From assembly GCF_001677475.2 (NCBI RefSeq), contig NZ_CP015229.1: a stretch of DNA of 64,000 nucleotides. One strand, 5' to 3'. Origin of the DNA: Escherichia coli (lineage in GTDB: Bacteria > Pseudomonadota > Gammaproteobacteria > Enterobacterales > Enterobacteriaceae). How positions within the stretch are numbered: position 1 is the first letter of the stretch; the number at the start of each line of letters is the position of its first letter. Shown here one piece after another: positions 27,015 through 37,947 of the stretch. The position numbers and the translations under genes were made by a program. The notes below the pieces were generated by a model that worked only from the letters and a program-made list of their open reading frames with translations, was not told the DNA's origin and did no database searches.

Positions 27015-28058
27015 TTAACGGATCTCAACCATGGCACGACCGCCGCGCGCTGGCACCAGTTCGCCAATCGCCGTCAGTTCAATGCCAAACTCGGCGGCTG
27101 TAGCTTTGACCTCATTTTCTGCTTCCGGCATGACCGCCAGCAGCAAACCGCCAGAAGTTTGCGGATCGCACAGCAGATCGCGCACTTCACGCGGCATTTC
27201 ACCCATCAGATGACCGTAGCTGGCAAAGTTACGTTCGGTGCCGCCAGGCACTGCGCCCAACTTAATGTACTCTTCAACCCCCGGCAATTTCGGGATCGCA
27301 TCATAGTCAACGCGCGCCTGCACACCAGCACCCTGACACATTTCGCTCAAATGCCCCAGCAGACCAAAGCCCGTAACGTCGGTCATCGCTTTTACGCCTT
27401 CGATGTTGGCAAAGGACGCGCCTGCGATGTTCATCCGGCACATCACTTCCGTCGCCAGTCCTTGATGTTCTGGTTTCAGCAGTGATTTTTTCTCAGCCGT
27501 GGTAAGAACGCCAATCCCCAGCGGTTTCGTCAGGAACAGTTTACATCCGGCTTGTGCGGTACTGTTTTTCTTCACCCGCTCGGTCGGTACGATCCCCGTC
27601 ACCGCCAGACCAAAAATCGGCTCCGGCGCATCGATGGAGTGACCGCCAGCCAGCGCAATACCCGCCTGACGGCATGCATAGCGTCCACCTTCGGTTACTT
27701 CGCGGGCAATTTCCGGGGAAAGTTTGTTAATCGGCCAGCCGAGGATCGCAATCGCCATAATCGGTTTGCCTCCCATTGCGAAGATATCGCTGATGGCGTT
27801 AGTCGCCGCAATGCGGCCAAAATCGAAAGGATTATCAACGATCGGCATAAAGAAGTCGGTGGTACTGATAACGCTGGTGCCATTGCCCAGATCGTATACC
27901 GCCGCATCGTCGCGGGTTTCATTACCCACAAGCAAATTCGGATCAACAAACTTCGCCTGCTCACTGTGCAGGATGGTTTCCAACACTTTTGGGGAAATTT
28001 TACAGCCGCAACCAGCTCCGTGGCTGTATTGGGTCAAACGAATCGTATTCTCGCTCAT
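27015..28058 (-). CDS. selD: selenide, water dikinase (selenophosphate synthetase)
   Basis: ORF track 349 aa trimmed to [23 protein letters not shown]... Confidence 0.9.
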   Translation of the reverse strand: MSENTIRLTQYSHGAGCGCKISPKVLETILHSEQAKFVDPNLLVGNETRDDAAVYDLGNGTSVISTTDFFMPIVDNPFDFGRIAATNAISDIFAMGGKPIMAIAILGWPINKLSPEIAREVTEGGRYACRQAGIALAGGHSIDAPEPIFGLAVTGIVPTERVKKNSTAQAGCKLFLTKPLGIGVLTTAEKKSLLKPEHQGLATEVMCRMNIAGASFANIEGVKAMTDVTGFGLLGHLSEMCQGAGVQARVDYDAIPKLPGVEEYIKLGAVPGGTERNFASYGHLMGEMPREVRDLLCDPQTSGGLLLAVMPEAENEVKATAAEFGIELTAIGELVPARGGRAMVEIR

Positions 28059-28174
28059 GGACATCTCCTGTCAATGCAATCCGGGTATGGTAACCCTCAT
28101 TCCGTGAAGTGATAAGTGAGAGTGTCTGAATTCCTGCGCCTTTGCTCACAATCCAGACAGTTTCGCGACAATTA

Positions 28175-28726
28175 TCAGAAATAAGTGACAAACGGCGTCG
28201 GGTCCGGGACGTTTATCGACGTCGATGCCTTCAGTTGTGGCGTGCCGAGGTAGAGAAAACCGACAATTTTATCCTGCTCACGGCAACCGAATGCTTCACG
28301 CACTACTGGGCTTTCAGTTAATGCGCCACTGCGCCAGATGCCGCCAAAACCCTGGGCAACGGCTGCCATTTGCATCGCCATGACCGCGCATCCCGCAGAC
28401 ATTTCCTGTTCCCATCGCGGGACTTTATGATTTTCTTCGCATTTCGCCACCACCGTGATGATGAGCGGTGCGCGGAACGGCGCATTACGGGCTTTGTCGA
28501 TTGCTTTGTTATCACTACCGGCAGCAATCGCCCCCTGTTCCAGTACGGCGCTGAAACGCTCGCGCCCTTCCCCTTCAATCACAAAAAAATGCCACGGTTG
28601 CATGGACTTATGGTCCGGCGCACGCATACCCGCACGCAGGATGTTTTGCAGTTGTTCACCCGTTGGCGCGGGTTCAGCCAGGCGGGAGGCGCTACGGCGA
28701 TTGATCAATAGTTCGAGTGCATCCAT
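28175..28726 (-). CDS. ydjA: nitroreductase-family protein
   Basis: ORF track 189 aa trimmed to [16 protein letters not shown]... Confidence 0.85.
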   Translation of the reverse strand: MDALELLINRRSASRLAEPAPTGEQLQNILRAGMRAPDHKSMQPWHFFVIEGEGRERFSAVLEQGAIAAGSDNKAIDKARNAPFRAPLIITVVAKCEENHKVPRWEQEMSAGCAVMAMQMAAVAQGFGGIWRSGALTESPVVREAFGCREQDKIVGFLYLGTPQLKASTSINVPDPTPFVTYF

Positions 28727-28886
28727 TTGATTAACTCCTGTCATGATATTTATTCACAAAATTAACACGAGAGTGGATTTTGTTACAGCACAGTCCGCAA
28801 TTCCTGCTGACAAGTGCCGGTTGGGTCATTACGATAAACACATCTATTGCGCCTGTGACAGGTGTGACCTTAAGTTGGGAGAATAC

Positions 28887-30743
28887 ATGCGAACCCTTTG
28901 GCGATTTATTGCCGGATTTTTTAAATGGACGTGGCGTCTGCTGAATTTCGTCCGTGAAATGGTACTTAACCTGTTCTTTATTTTTCTCGTGCTGGTTGGT
29001 GTGGGGATCTGGATGCAAGTCAGTGGTGGTGATTCGAAAGAAACGGCCAGTCGTGGCGCACTGCTGCTGGACATTTCTGGTGTGATCGTCGATAACCCCG
29101 ACAGTTCTCAGCGGTTTAGTAAATTAAGCCGCCAACTACTTGGTGCCAGTTCCGATCGTCTGCAGGAAAACTCACTGTTTGATATCGTCAACACCATTCG
29201 CCAGGCGAAGGACGACCGGAATATCACCGGTATCGTGATGGATCTGAAAAACTTCGCAGGCGGCGACCAGCCGTCTATGCAGTACATCGGCAAAGCCCTG
29301 AAAGAGTTTCGTGACAGCGGGAAACCGGTTTATGCCGTTGGCGAGAACTACAGCCAGGGGCAATATTATCTCGCCAGTTTCGCCAATAAAATTTGGCTGT
29401 CTCCGCAAGGCGTGGTTGATCTGCACGGTTTTGCCACCAACGGTCTGTACTACAAATCGTTACTGGATAAGCTGAAAGTTTCCACCCATGTGTTCCGCGT
29501 GGGTACGTATAAATCTGCCGTTGAACCGTTTATTCGTGATGATATGTCGCCTGCAGCCCGCGAAGCTGACAGCCGCTGGATTGGTGAGCTGTGGCAAAAC
29601 TATCTGAATACTGTTGCCGCTAACCGGCAGATCCCTGCTCAGCAGGTATTCCCTGGCGCGCAAGGGTTGCTTGAGGGTTTAACCAAAACCGGTGGCGATA
29701 CCGCGAAATATGCGTTGGAAAACAAGCTGGTCGATGCACTGGCATCGAGTGCCGAAATCGAAAAAGCTCTGACTAAAGAGTTCGGCTGGAGTAAGACTGA
29801 TAAAAATTATCGCGCCATCAGTTATTACGATTACACATTGAAAACGCCGGCAGATACCGGTGACAGCATCGGTGTCGTCTTCGCTAATGGCGCAATTATG
29901 GATGGCGAGGAAACTCAGGGGAATGTTGGCGGTGATACCACTGCGGCACAAATCCGCGACGCTCGCCTTGACCCGAAAGTGAAAGCGATTGTCCTGCGTG
30001 TTAATAGCCCAGGCGGCAGCGTTACCGCGTCTGAAGTGATTCGCGCTGAACTGGCAGCAGCCCGGGCAGCGGGTAAGCCTGTGGTTGTATCGATGGGCGG
30101 CATGGCGGCATCTGGTGGTTACTGGATTTCCACGCCAGCTAATTACATTGTGGCTAACCCCAGCACTTTGACCGGTTCTATCGGTATCTTCGGCGTGATC
30201 ACCACCGTAGAAAATAGTCTGGATTCGATTGGTGTTCATACTGATGGTGTCTCAACTTCACCGCTGGCGGATGTTTCTATCACCAAGGCACTGCCGCCGG
30301 AAGCGCAGCAGATGATGCAGTTAAGCATTGAGAATGGCTATAAACGCTTTATCACGCTGGTTGCTGATGCGCGTCATTCGACGCCGGAGCAGATTGATAA
30401 AATCGCCCAGGGCCACGTCTGGACCGGTCAGGATGCAAAAGCTAACGGGCTGGTCGATAGTCTCGGGGATTTCGATGATGCGGTCGCCAAAGCAGCAGAG
30501 CTGGCAAAAGTGAAACAGTGGCATCTGGAATACTACGTTGATGAACCGACCTTCTTCGACAAAGTGATGGACAACATGTCTGGTTCTGTCCGGGCAATGT
30601 TGCCAGATGCGTTCCAGGCCATGTTACCTGCACCGCTGGCCTCGGTAGCCTCTACTGTTAAAAGTGAAAGCGACAAGCTGGCCGCGTTTAACGACCCACA
30701 AAACCGTTATGCGTTTTGCCTGACCTGCGCCAACGTGCGTTAA
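28887..30743 (+). CDS. sppA: signal peptide peptidase A (protease IV)
   Basis: Internal ATG at 28887 ([14 protein letters not shown]...) within ORF 28743-30743. Confidence 0.9.
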
Positions 30744-30755
30744 GTCTTGTACTGA

Positions 30756-30790
30756 GTGGCCGACAGATCGTCGGCCACATTACTTTTTAC
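30756..30790 (+). terminator. intrinsic terminator downstream of sppA
   Basis: 9-bp stem gtggccgac/gtcggccac followed by attacttttt. Confidence 0.7.
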
Positions 30791-30909
30791 GTCGACGAAT
30801 CCTCTTCCCGCTGTCTCACCACATATTTCCTTATCCGCATAGTATCAGGTGCGCTCCCCCTGCCTCACGTATATACTTTTGCTCTTTCGATATCATTCAT
30901 ATCAATATC

Positions 30910-31926
30910 ATGCAAAAGAAATCAATTTACGTTGCCTACACGGGCGGGACCATCGGGATGCAGCGTTCCGAGCAGGGTTATATTCCGGTGTCAGGTCATC
31001 TACAACGCCAACTGGCGCTGATGCCGGAATTCCATCGCCCGGAGATGCCAGATTTCACCATTCATGAATATACGCCGTTGATGGATTCTTCTGATATGAC
31101 GCCAGAAGACTGGCAGCATATTGCTGAAGATATTAAAGCGCACTATGACGACTATGATGGTTTTGTCATTCTGCACGGCACCGATACGATGGCATATACC
31201 GCCTCTGCGCTGTCGTTCATGCTCGAAAATCTCGGTAAACCGGTCATTGTGACAGGGTCACAAATCCCGCTAGCTGAGTTACGCTCTGACGGACAAATTA
31301 ATCTGCTGAATGCGTTGTACGTTGCGGCGAATTATCCGATCAACGAAGTAACGCTCTTTTTCAATAACCGATTGTATCGCGGCAACCGCACTACCAAAGC
31401 CCATGCCGATGGTTTTGATGCGTTTGCCTCTCCAAACCTTCCTCCGTTACTGGAAGCAGGTATCCATATTCGTCGTTTGAATACACCACCCGCCCCGCAC
31501 GGTGAAGGGGAATTGATCGTTCATCCAATCACCCCACAACCAATTGGCGTAGTGACGATTTATCCGGGGATTTCTGCTGACGTCGTGCGCAATTTTCTGC
31601 GCCAACCGGTGAAAGCATTGATTCTGCGCTCATATGGCGTGGGTAATGCGCCACAAAACAAAGCCTTCCTGCAGGAATTACAAGAAGCCAGCGATCGCGG
31701 TATTGTGGTGGTCAACCTGACACAATGTATGTCCGGTAAAGTGAACATGGGTGGTTATGCCACTGGTAACGCCCTCGCCCATGCCGGCGTTATTGGCGGT
31801 GCAGATATGACTGTAGAAGCCACGCTAACCAAACTGCATTACCTGCTTAGCCAGGAACTGGATACTGAAACCATTCGCAAGGTCATGAGCCAAAACCTGC
31901 GCGGCGAACTGACGCCAGATGATTAA
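30910..31926 (+). CDS. ansA: cytoplasmic L-asparaginase I
   Basis: ORF track 338 aa MQKKSIYVAYTGGTIGMQRS... Confidence 0.95.
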   Translation: MQKKSIYVAYTGGTIGMQRSEQGYIPVSGHLQRQLALMPEFHRPEMPDFTIHEYTPLMDSSDMTPEDWQHIAEDIKAHYDDYDGFVILHGTDTMAYTASALSFMLENLGKPVIVTGSQIPLAELRSDGQINLLNALYVAANYPINEVTLFFNNRLYRGNRTTKAHADGFDAFASPNLPPLLEAGIHIRRLNTPPAPHGEGELIVHPITPQPIGVVTIYPGISADVVRNFLRQPVKALILRSYGVGNAPQNKAFLQELQEASDRGIVVVNLTQCMSGKVNMGGYATGNALAHAGVIGGADMTVEATLTKLHYLLSQELDTETIRKVMSQNLRGELTPDD

Positions 31927-31936
31927 GGAGACTGCA

Positions 31937-32578
31937 ATGCCCCCTCGCGCCCTGTTACTGGTCGATTTACAAAATGATTTCTGTGCTGGTGGCGCGCTCG
32001 CCGTGCCGGAGGGTGACAGTACGGTGGATGTCGCTAACCGCCTGATTGACTGGTGCCAGTCGCGCGGTGAAGCGGTTATCGCCAGTCAGGACTGGCACCC
32101 GGCGAATCACGGCAGTTTTGCCAGTCAGCACGGTGTAGAGCCTTATACGCCAGGCCAACTCGACGGTTTGCCACAAACCTTCTGGCCAGATCACTGTGTG
32201 CAGAACAGTGAAGGCGCACAATTACATCCGTTACTGAACCAAAAAGCGATCGCAGCGGTGTTCCATAAAGGCGAAAATCCTTTAGTTGACAGTTACAGTG
32301 CCTTTTTTGATAACGGCCGTCGGCAGAAAACCTCGCTTGATGACTGGTTACGCGATCATGAAATCGATGAATTGATCGTTATGGGCCTGGCTACTGACTA
32401 TTGCGTGAAGTTTACCGTGCTGGACGCGTTACAGTTAGGTTATAAGGTAAACGTGATTACCGATGGTTGTCGTGGCGTGAATATCCAGCCCCAGGACAGT
32501 GCGCACGCGTTTATGGAGATGTCAGCAGCTGGGGCAACGCTATATACGCTGGCAGACTGGGAAGAGACGCAGGGGTAA
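31937..32578 (+). CDS. pncA: nicotinamidase/pyrazinamidase
   Basis: ORF track 219 aa trimmed to MPPRALLLVDLQNDFCAGGAL... Confidence 0.9.
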   Translation: MPPRALLLVDLQNDFCAGGALAVPEGDSTVDVANRLIDWCQSRGEAVIASQDWHPANHGSFASQHGVEPYTPGQLDGLPQTFWPDHCVQNSEGAQLHPLLNQKAIAAVFHKGENPLVDSYSAFFDNGRRQKTSLDDWLRDHEIDELIVMGLATDYCVKFTVLDALQLGYKVNVITDGCRGVNIQPQDSAHAFMEMSAAGATLYTLADWEETQG

Positions 32579-32598
32579 TATTAGTTGAATTCATCTCT

Positions 32599-32629
32599 GG
32601 CCTACATTTCCTCAATGACATTGTAGGCC
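32599..32629. repeat. perfect 8-bp inverted repeat ggcctaca-N15-tgtaggcc (REP-like) in the pncA-yeaC spacer
   Basis: Read directly from sequence; GTAGGCC is a typical REP terminal motif. Confidence 0.6.
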
Positions 32630-32738
32630 AGATAATACTTGTCAGTGTTGCATTTAACCTACTTACAGCTAAAACACGACGTCCGAACAAGTATATTTGC
32701 CCTCCCTTAATAACAGGCTTAAATACTAGATAACTCAT

Positions 32739-33011
32739 TCACTTAAACATGGCAATAGGCTTTGCTGAGATACCAAAATCTTCTTTTAACTGCTGTTTGC
32801 TCTTCATGACCATCTGACCATTTGTGTCAATTGTCATATGCTGTGCTTCGGTATTATGGCGGGCTTGCCACAGCATCACCAATTGCAGGCAGTTCTCTTT
32901 TTGTTCCTCGGTCAACGCACCGCCATCGGGCCATTTCCCCAGTTCAACGGCGGTCGACAAACGCTGGTATACCTCAGGCGTCATGCTGTTGATAATGTCA
33001 TCAAGATTCAT
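32739..33011 (-). CDS. yeaC: DUF1315 protein
   Basis: ORF track 105 aa trimmed to ATG at 33009-33011 (MNLDDIINSMTPEVYQRL...). Confidence 0.8.
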   Translation of the reverse strand: MNLDDIINSMTPEVYQRLSTAVELGKWPDGGALTEEQKENCLQLVMLWQARHNTEAQHMTIDTNGQMVMKSKQQLKEDFGISAKPIAMFK

Positions 33012-33052
33012 AATTTTTCCGCTCCTGTGGAATAAGTTGCTGAATCGTTTTT

Positions 33053-33466
33053 TCAACCGTTGATTTCTTCGCCGTTTTCACCATCAGTGAAGCGTAAAGA
33101 AGCAGAGTTAACACAATAACGTTCGCCCGTTGGCTGCGGCCCGTCAGGGAAGACATGCCCCAGATGGGCATCACAGTTACCGCAACGAATTTCTATGCGC
33201 TGCATTCCATGTGACAAGTCTTTGATATAACGAATGGATTCTTCACTCACCGGTTCGTAGAAACTGGGCCAGCCACAGCCGGAATCATACTTGGTTTGGG
33301 AATGAAACAGCGGGGCATCGCAGATCAAACAGTGATATACGCCGTCACGCTTGTTATGCAGTAAACGACCCGTAAATGGCGGCTCTGTCCCATGATTCTG
33401 CGTCACGTAAAACTGCATCTCGGACAAATTTTTTTTCAGTTCTTCTGCCGAAGGTTTATTAGCCAT
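33053..33466 (-). CDS. msrB: peptide methionine sulfoxide reductase B
   Basis: ORF track 147 aa trimmed to [33 protein letters not shown]...; CxxC pairs. Confidence 0.9.
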
Positions 33467-33736
33467 TTGCTCACATCTCACTTTAATCGTGCTCACATTA
33501 CGTGACTGATTCTAACAAAACATTAACACCAACTGGCAAAATTTTGTCCTAAACTTGATCTCGACGAAATGGCTGCACCTAAATCGTGATGAAAATCACA
33601 TTTTTATCGTAATTGCCCTTTAAAATTCGGGGCGCCGACCCCATGTGGTCTCAAGCCCAAAGGAAGAGTGAGGCGAGTCAGTCGCGTAATGCTTAGGCAC
33701 AGGATTGATTTGTCGCAATGATTGACACGATTCCGC

Positions 33737-33764
33737 TTGACGCTGCGTAAGGTTTTTGTAATTT
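33737..33764 (+). promoter_or_regulatory. candidate sigma70 promoter for gapA
   Basis: TTGACG (33737-33742), 16-bp spacer, TAATTT (33759-33764), about 45 bp upstream of the gapA ATG. Confidence 0.5.
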
Positions 33765-33795
33765 TACAGGCAACCTTTTATTCACTAACAAATAG

Positions 33796-34803
<1,008 letters not shown>

Positions 34804-34825
34804 GTTGAGATGACACTGTGATCTA

Positions 34826-34856
34826 AAAAGAGCGACTTCGGTCGCTCTTTTTTTTA
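34826..34856 (+). terminator. intrinsic terminator downstream of gapA
   Basis: aaaagagcgac-ttcg-gtcgctctttttttt, perfect hairpin plus T-run. Confidence 0.85.
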
Positions 34857-34886
34857 CCTGATAAAATGAAGTTAAAGGACTGCGTC

Positions 34887-35771
34887 ATGATTAAGAAAAT
34901 TTTTGCCCTTCCGGTCATCGAACAAATCTCCCCTGTCCTCTCCCGTCGTAAACTGGATGAACTGGACCTCATTGTGGTCGATCATCCCCAGGTAAAAGCC
35001 TCTTTTGCATTACAGGGCGCACACCTTCTCTCGTGGAAACCTGCGGGTGAAGAAGAAGTTCTGTGGTTGAGTAACAACACACCGTTCAAAAATGGCGTCG
35101 CCATTCGCGGTGGCGTACCGGTTTGCTGGCCGTGGTTTGGTCCGGCTGCACAACAAGGTCTGCCTGCGCACGGTTTTGCCCGCAACCTGCCGTGGACGCT
35201 GAAATCACATCGTGAAGATGCTGATGGCGTAGCGCTGACTTTTGAATTGACACAAAGCGAAGAGACGAAAAAATTCTGGCCACACGACTTTACGCTATTA
35301 GCGCATTTCCGCGTGGGTAAAGCCTGTGAAATCGATCTTGAAGCACACGGCGAATTTGAAACCACCTCTGCACTGCATACCTACTTTAACGTGGGTAATA
35401 TCGCTAAGGTAAGCGTCAGTGGGCTGGGCGATCGCTTCATTGATAAAGTGAATGACGCGAAAGAAGATGTACTGACCGACGGTATTCAGACCTTCCCTGA
35501 CCGTACCGATCGCGTGTATCTGAATCCGCAAGATTGCAGCGTTATTAATGATGAAGCGCTGAATCGTATTATCGCCGTAGGCCACCAGCATCATCTGAAC
35601 GTTGTAGGCTGGAACCCAGGACCGGCGCTTTCAGTTAGCATGGGCGATATGCCGGATGATGGCTACAAGACCTTTGTTTGTGTAGAAACGGCTTACGCTT
35701 CAGAAACGCAAAAAGTGACCAAAGAGAAACCTGCACATCTGGCGCAATCCATTCGCGTTGCGAAACGTTAA
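34887..35771 (+). CDS. yeaD: glucose-6-phosphate 1-epimerase (aldose 1-epimerase family)
   Basis: ORF track 301 aa trimmed to ATG at 34887 (MIKKIFALPV...). Confidence 0.85.
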   Translation: MIKKIFALPVIEQISPVLSRRKLDELDLIVVDHPQVKASFALQGAHLLSWKPAGEEEVLWLSNNTPFKNGVAIRGGVPVCWPWFGPAAQQGLPAHGFARNLPWTLKSHREDADGVALTFELTQSEETKKFWPHDFTLLAHFRVGKACEIDLEAHGEFETTSALHTYFNVGNIAKVSVSGLGDRFIDKVNDAKEDVLTDGIQTFPDRTDRVYLNPQDCSVINDEALNRIIAVGHQHHLNVVGWNPGPALSVSMGDMPDDGYKTFVCVETAYASETQKVTKEKPAHLAQSIRVAKR

Positions 35772-35821
35772 TTTGCGTTAATGTTGTGTGCCGGGTGCGA
35801 TGCATCCGGCACGTATCAACA

Positions 35822-36676
35822 TCACACCATATCCAGCGCAGTTTTTCCTTTTGGTGCCGGATATGCCTTATCCAGCATAGCTAATTCCGCTGACGAAAGT
35901 TCAACCTCAAGCACAGCCGCATTTTGTTGGACATGGGCAATCGTGGCCGCTTTTGGAATCGCCATCACCCCCTGATGGCTGATTACCCACGCCAACAATA
36001 CTTGTGCCGCGCTGATATTGTGAGCATGTGCAATTTCGTTGACTACCGCGTTTTTTAACAGCCCATTGCGCAACCGCCCGGCCTGAGCTAACGGACTGTA
36101 AGCCATCACCGGTATCTGCTGTTGCTGGCACCAGGGGAGTAGATCGTACTCAATCCCTCGTGAACCGAGATGGTAAAGCACCTGATTAGTGGCACACTGA
36201 TTTCCCCCCGGCAGCTGCCAGAGTTCCTGCATATCGGCATAATCAAGGTTAGAAACGCCCCAGCGGCGGATTTTTCCCCCGGCGATCAATTTTTCCATCG
36301 CTGCGACAGTCTCTTCAAAAGCGAAACTGCCAGACCAGTGTAATAAGTAAAGATCGAGATAATCAGTATTGAGACGGCGTAAACTGGCTTCGCATGCATT
36401 TATCGCTTTTTGCCCGCCAGCATTCCACGGATAGACTTTAGAGACGAGAAAGACCTTCTCTCGCAGACCGGCTAATGCCTCCCCAACCACCTTTTCGGCA
36501 CCGCCATCGGCATACATTTCGGCGGTATCAATGAGGGTTAAACCGAGCTCAATGCCCGCGCGTAGTGCAGCAACTTCTGTTTTACGCTTACTAGCGTCTT
36601 CGCCCATATACCATGTTCCCTGCCCAATGGCTGGCAGTGAGACATCGCCACTAAATTGAATCATTTTTTGTTGCAT
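35822..36676 (-). CDS. yeaE: aldo-keto reductase (methylglyoxal reductase)
   Basis: ORF track 284 aa. Confidence 0.85.
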   Translation of the reverse strand: MQQKMIQFSGDVSLPAIGQGTWYMGEDASKRKTEVAALRAGIELGLTLIDTAEMYADGGAEKVVGEALAGLREKVFLVSKVYPWNAGGQKAINACEASLRRLNTDYLDLYLLHWSGSFAFEETVAAMEKLIAGGKIRRWGVSNLDYADMQELWQLPGGNQCATNQVLYHLGSRGIEYDLLPWCQQQQIPVMAYSPLAQAGRLRNGLLKNAVVNEIAHAHNISAAQVLLAWVISHQGVMAIPKAATIAHVQQNAAVLEVELSSAELAMLDKAYPAPKGKTALDMV

Positions 36677-36765
36677 TGTTTCCTCCCAGGTATTGCACCA
36701 CCGTAATGCAAAACAGGGCGTGACGCCCTGTTTTTATGCACAAAATGCCCTGGAAAGATGCATTA

Positions 36766-37512
36766 TCAGAATTTGTAGGTGATCCCGGTAGAAATCAGGC
36801 CAGTCCAGGATTTATCCACCATTGGGCTGTCAGTAACTTCATCAGACAGACGGGTGTAGCGCGCGGTACCGTAAACACTCCAGTCGCCGAGGAAGTTGTA
36901 GCTGGCGCTCAGCTCCAGGTAAGGGCTCCAGCTGTCGTTCGGGTTATAGCCACGCAGACCGCTGCGAGCGGACTCTTTGCGCGATACGCCATAATAGTAT
37001 TCGTTCTGGTTTTCGCTGTTCCACTGCACACCAATACCCGGAGTCACGGTCAGGCCGCCGTTGGTGTAACGATACAACCAGGCCATATCCCAGACGATGC
37101 CGTTGCTGTTATCCAGGGTATCGCCAGCCAGGGTGGTACGCAGGTAACCGTACTGGGTAAAGTGAGCATAAGACAGACCAGCCATCATGGTGCTCTTACG
37201 GTCATCCAGGTGACGCATTTGGTGATCGCCACTGTCTTTAGCTTTGAAGTAAAGCGGCGACCAGTAAGCGGTAATTGAAAGTTTGTCCGTTGCGTCATTC
37301 CACAGGTAGTAACCACCACCTAAGCCACGGAACCAGAAGTTATCGCCTTCATAGTTGATTACCGGTACTGGGTAAACATCGGTATCGTAATCTTTATATG
37401 GGTGTTCAACGACACCTACGCCTGCGCCCAGGGAAAATTTACCTTCAGCGTGCGCTACGCCTGCAGACGTTGCGATAAGCACTCCAAGTGCCAGAAGTTT
37501 GAGTTTGGTCAC
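36766..37512 (-). CDS. mipA: MltA-interacting outer membrane protein
   Basis: ORF track 248 aa with signal peptide and C-terminal Phe. Confidence 0.85.
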   Translation of the reverse strand: MTKLKLLALGVLIATSAGVAHAEGKFSLGAGVGVVEHPYKDYDTDVYPVPVINYEGDNFWFRGLGGGYYLWNDATDKLSITAYWSPLYFKAKDSGDHQMRHLDDRKSTMMAGLSYAHFTQYGYLRTTLAGDTLDNSNGIVWDMAWLYRYTNGGLTVTPGIGVQWNSENQNEYYYGVSRKESARSGLRGYNPNDSWSPYLELSASYNFLGDWSVYGTARYTRLSDEVTDSPMVDKSWTGLISTGITYKF

Positions 37513-37947
37513 AATTAATCATTCCTTAAACAAATGTTTAGCGGGCGACAAAGTTTACCCGTCAATACATCGAAACCCAACCTTTTTACGTTTTCATTTT
37601 TTAAAGTAACTGTTTAATTTTCCTGACGCGGATGACACCGCGCTTACAGCCAAATGAATTTAGCGTTACTGGCGAGCCTGGTCTTTACATTAATTATGCA
37701 AAATTTATGGATGAGTTGTTGATATGCCATTGAAATTAAGAAAGCCGTGCAGGCAAGTTTTCCATTTGCCATCTACGCTTAATTTTGAAGGTGTATCACC
37801 GGGCACGTTGTTCTCATCGTCGATAAAATGGCATGAGAGTTGCTGTGTTTTAGCAAGAGACGTCGTTCAGTTTACCTCTTCCGGGAGCCTCTACTATTCA
37901 TATGAACGGCTCTTAACCTGTGCTAAAAAACGAAAGGACGGCATACC

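Noticed and set aside
29679-30239. 186-aa minus-strand ORF inside sppA
   Set aside because: Antisense shadow ORF.
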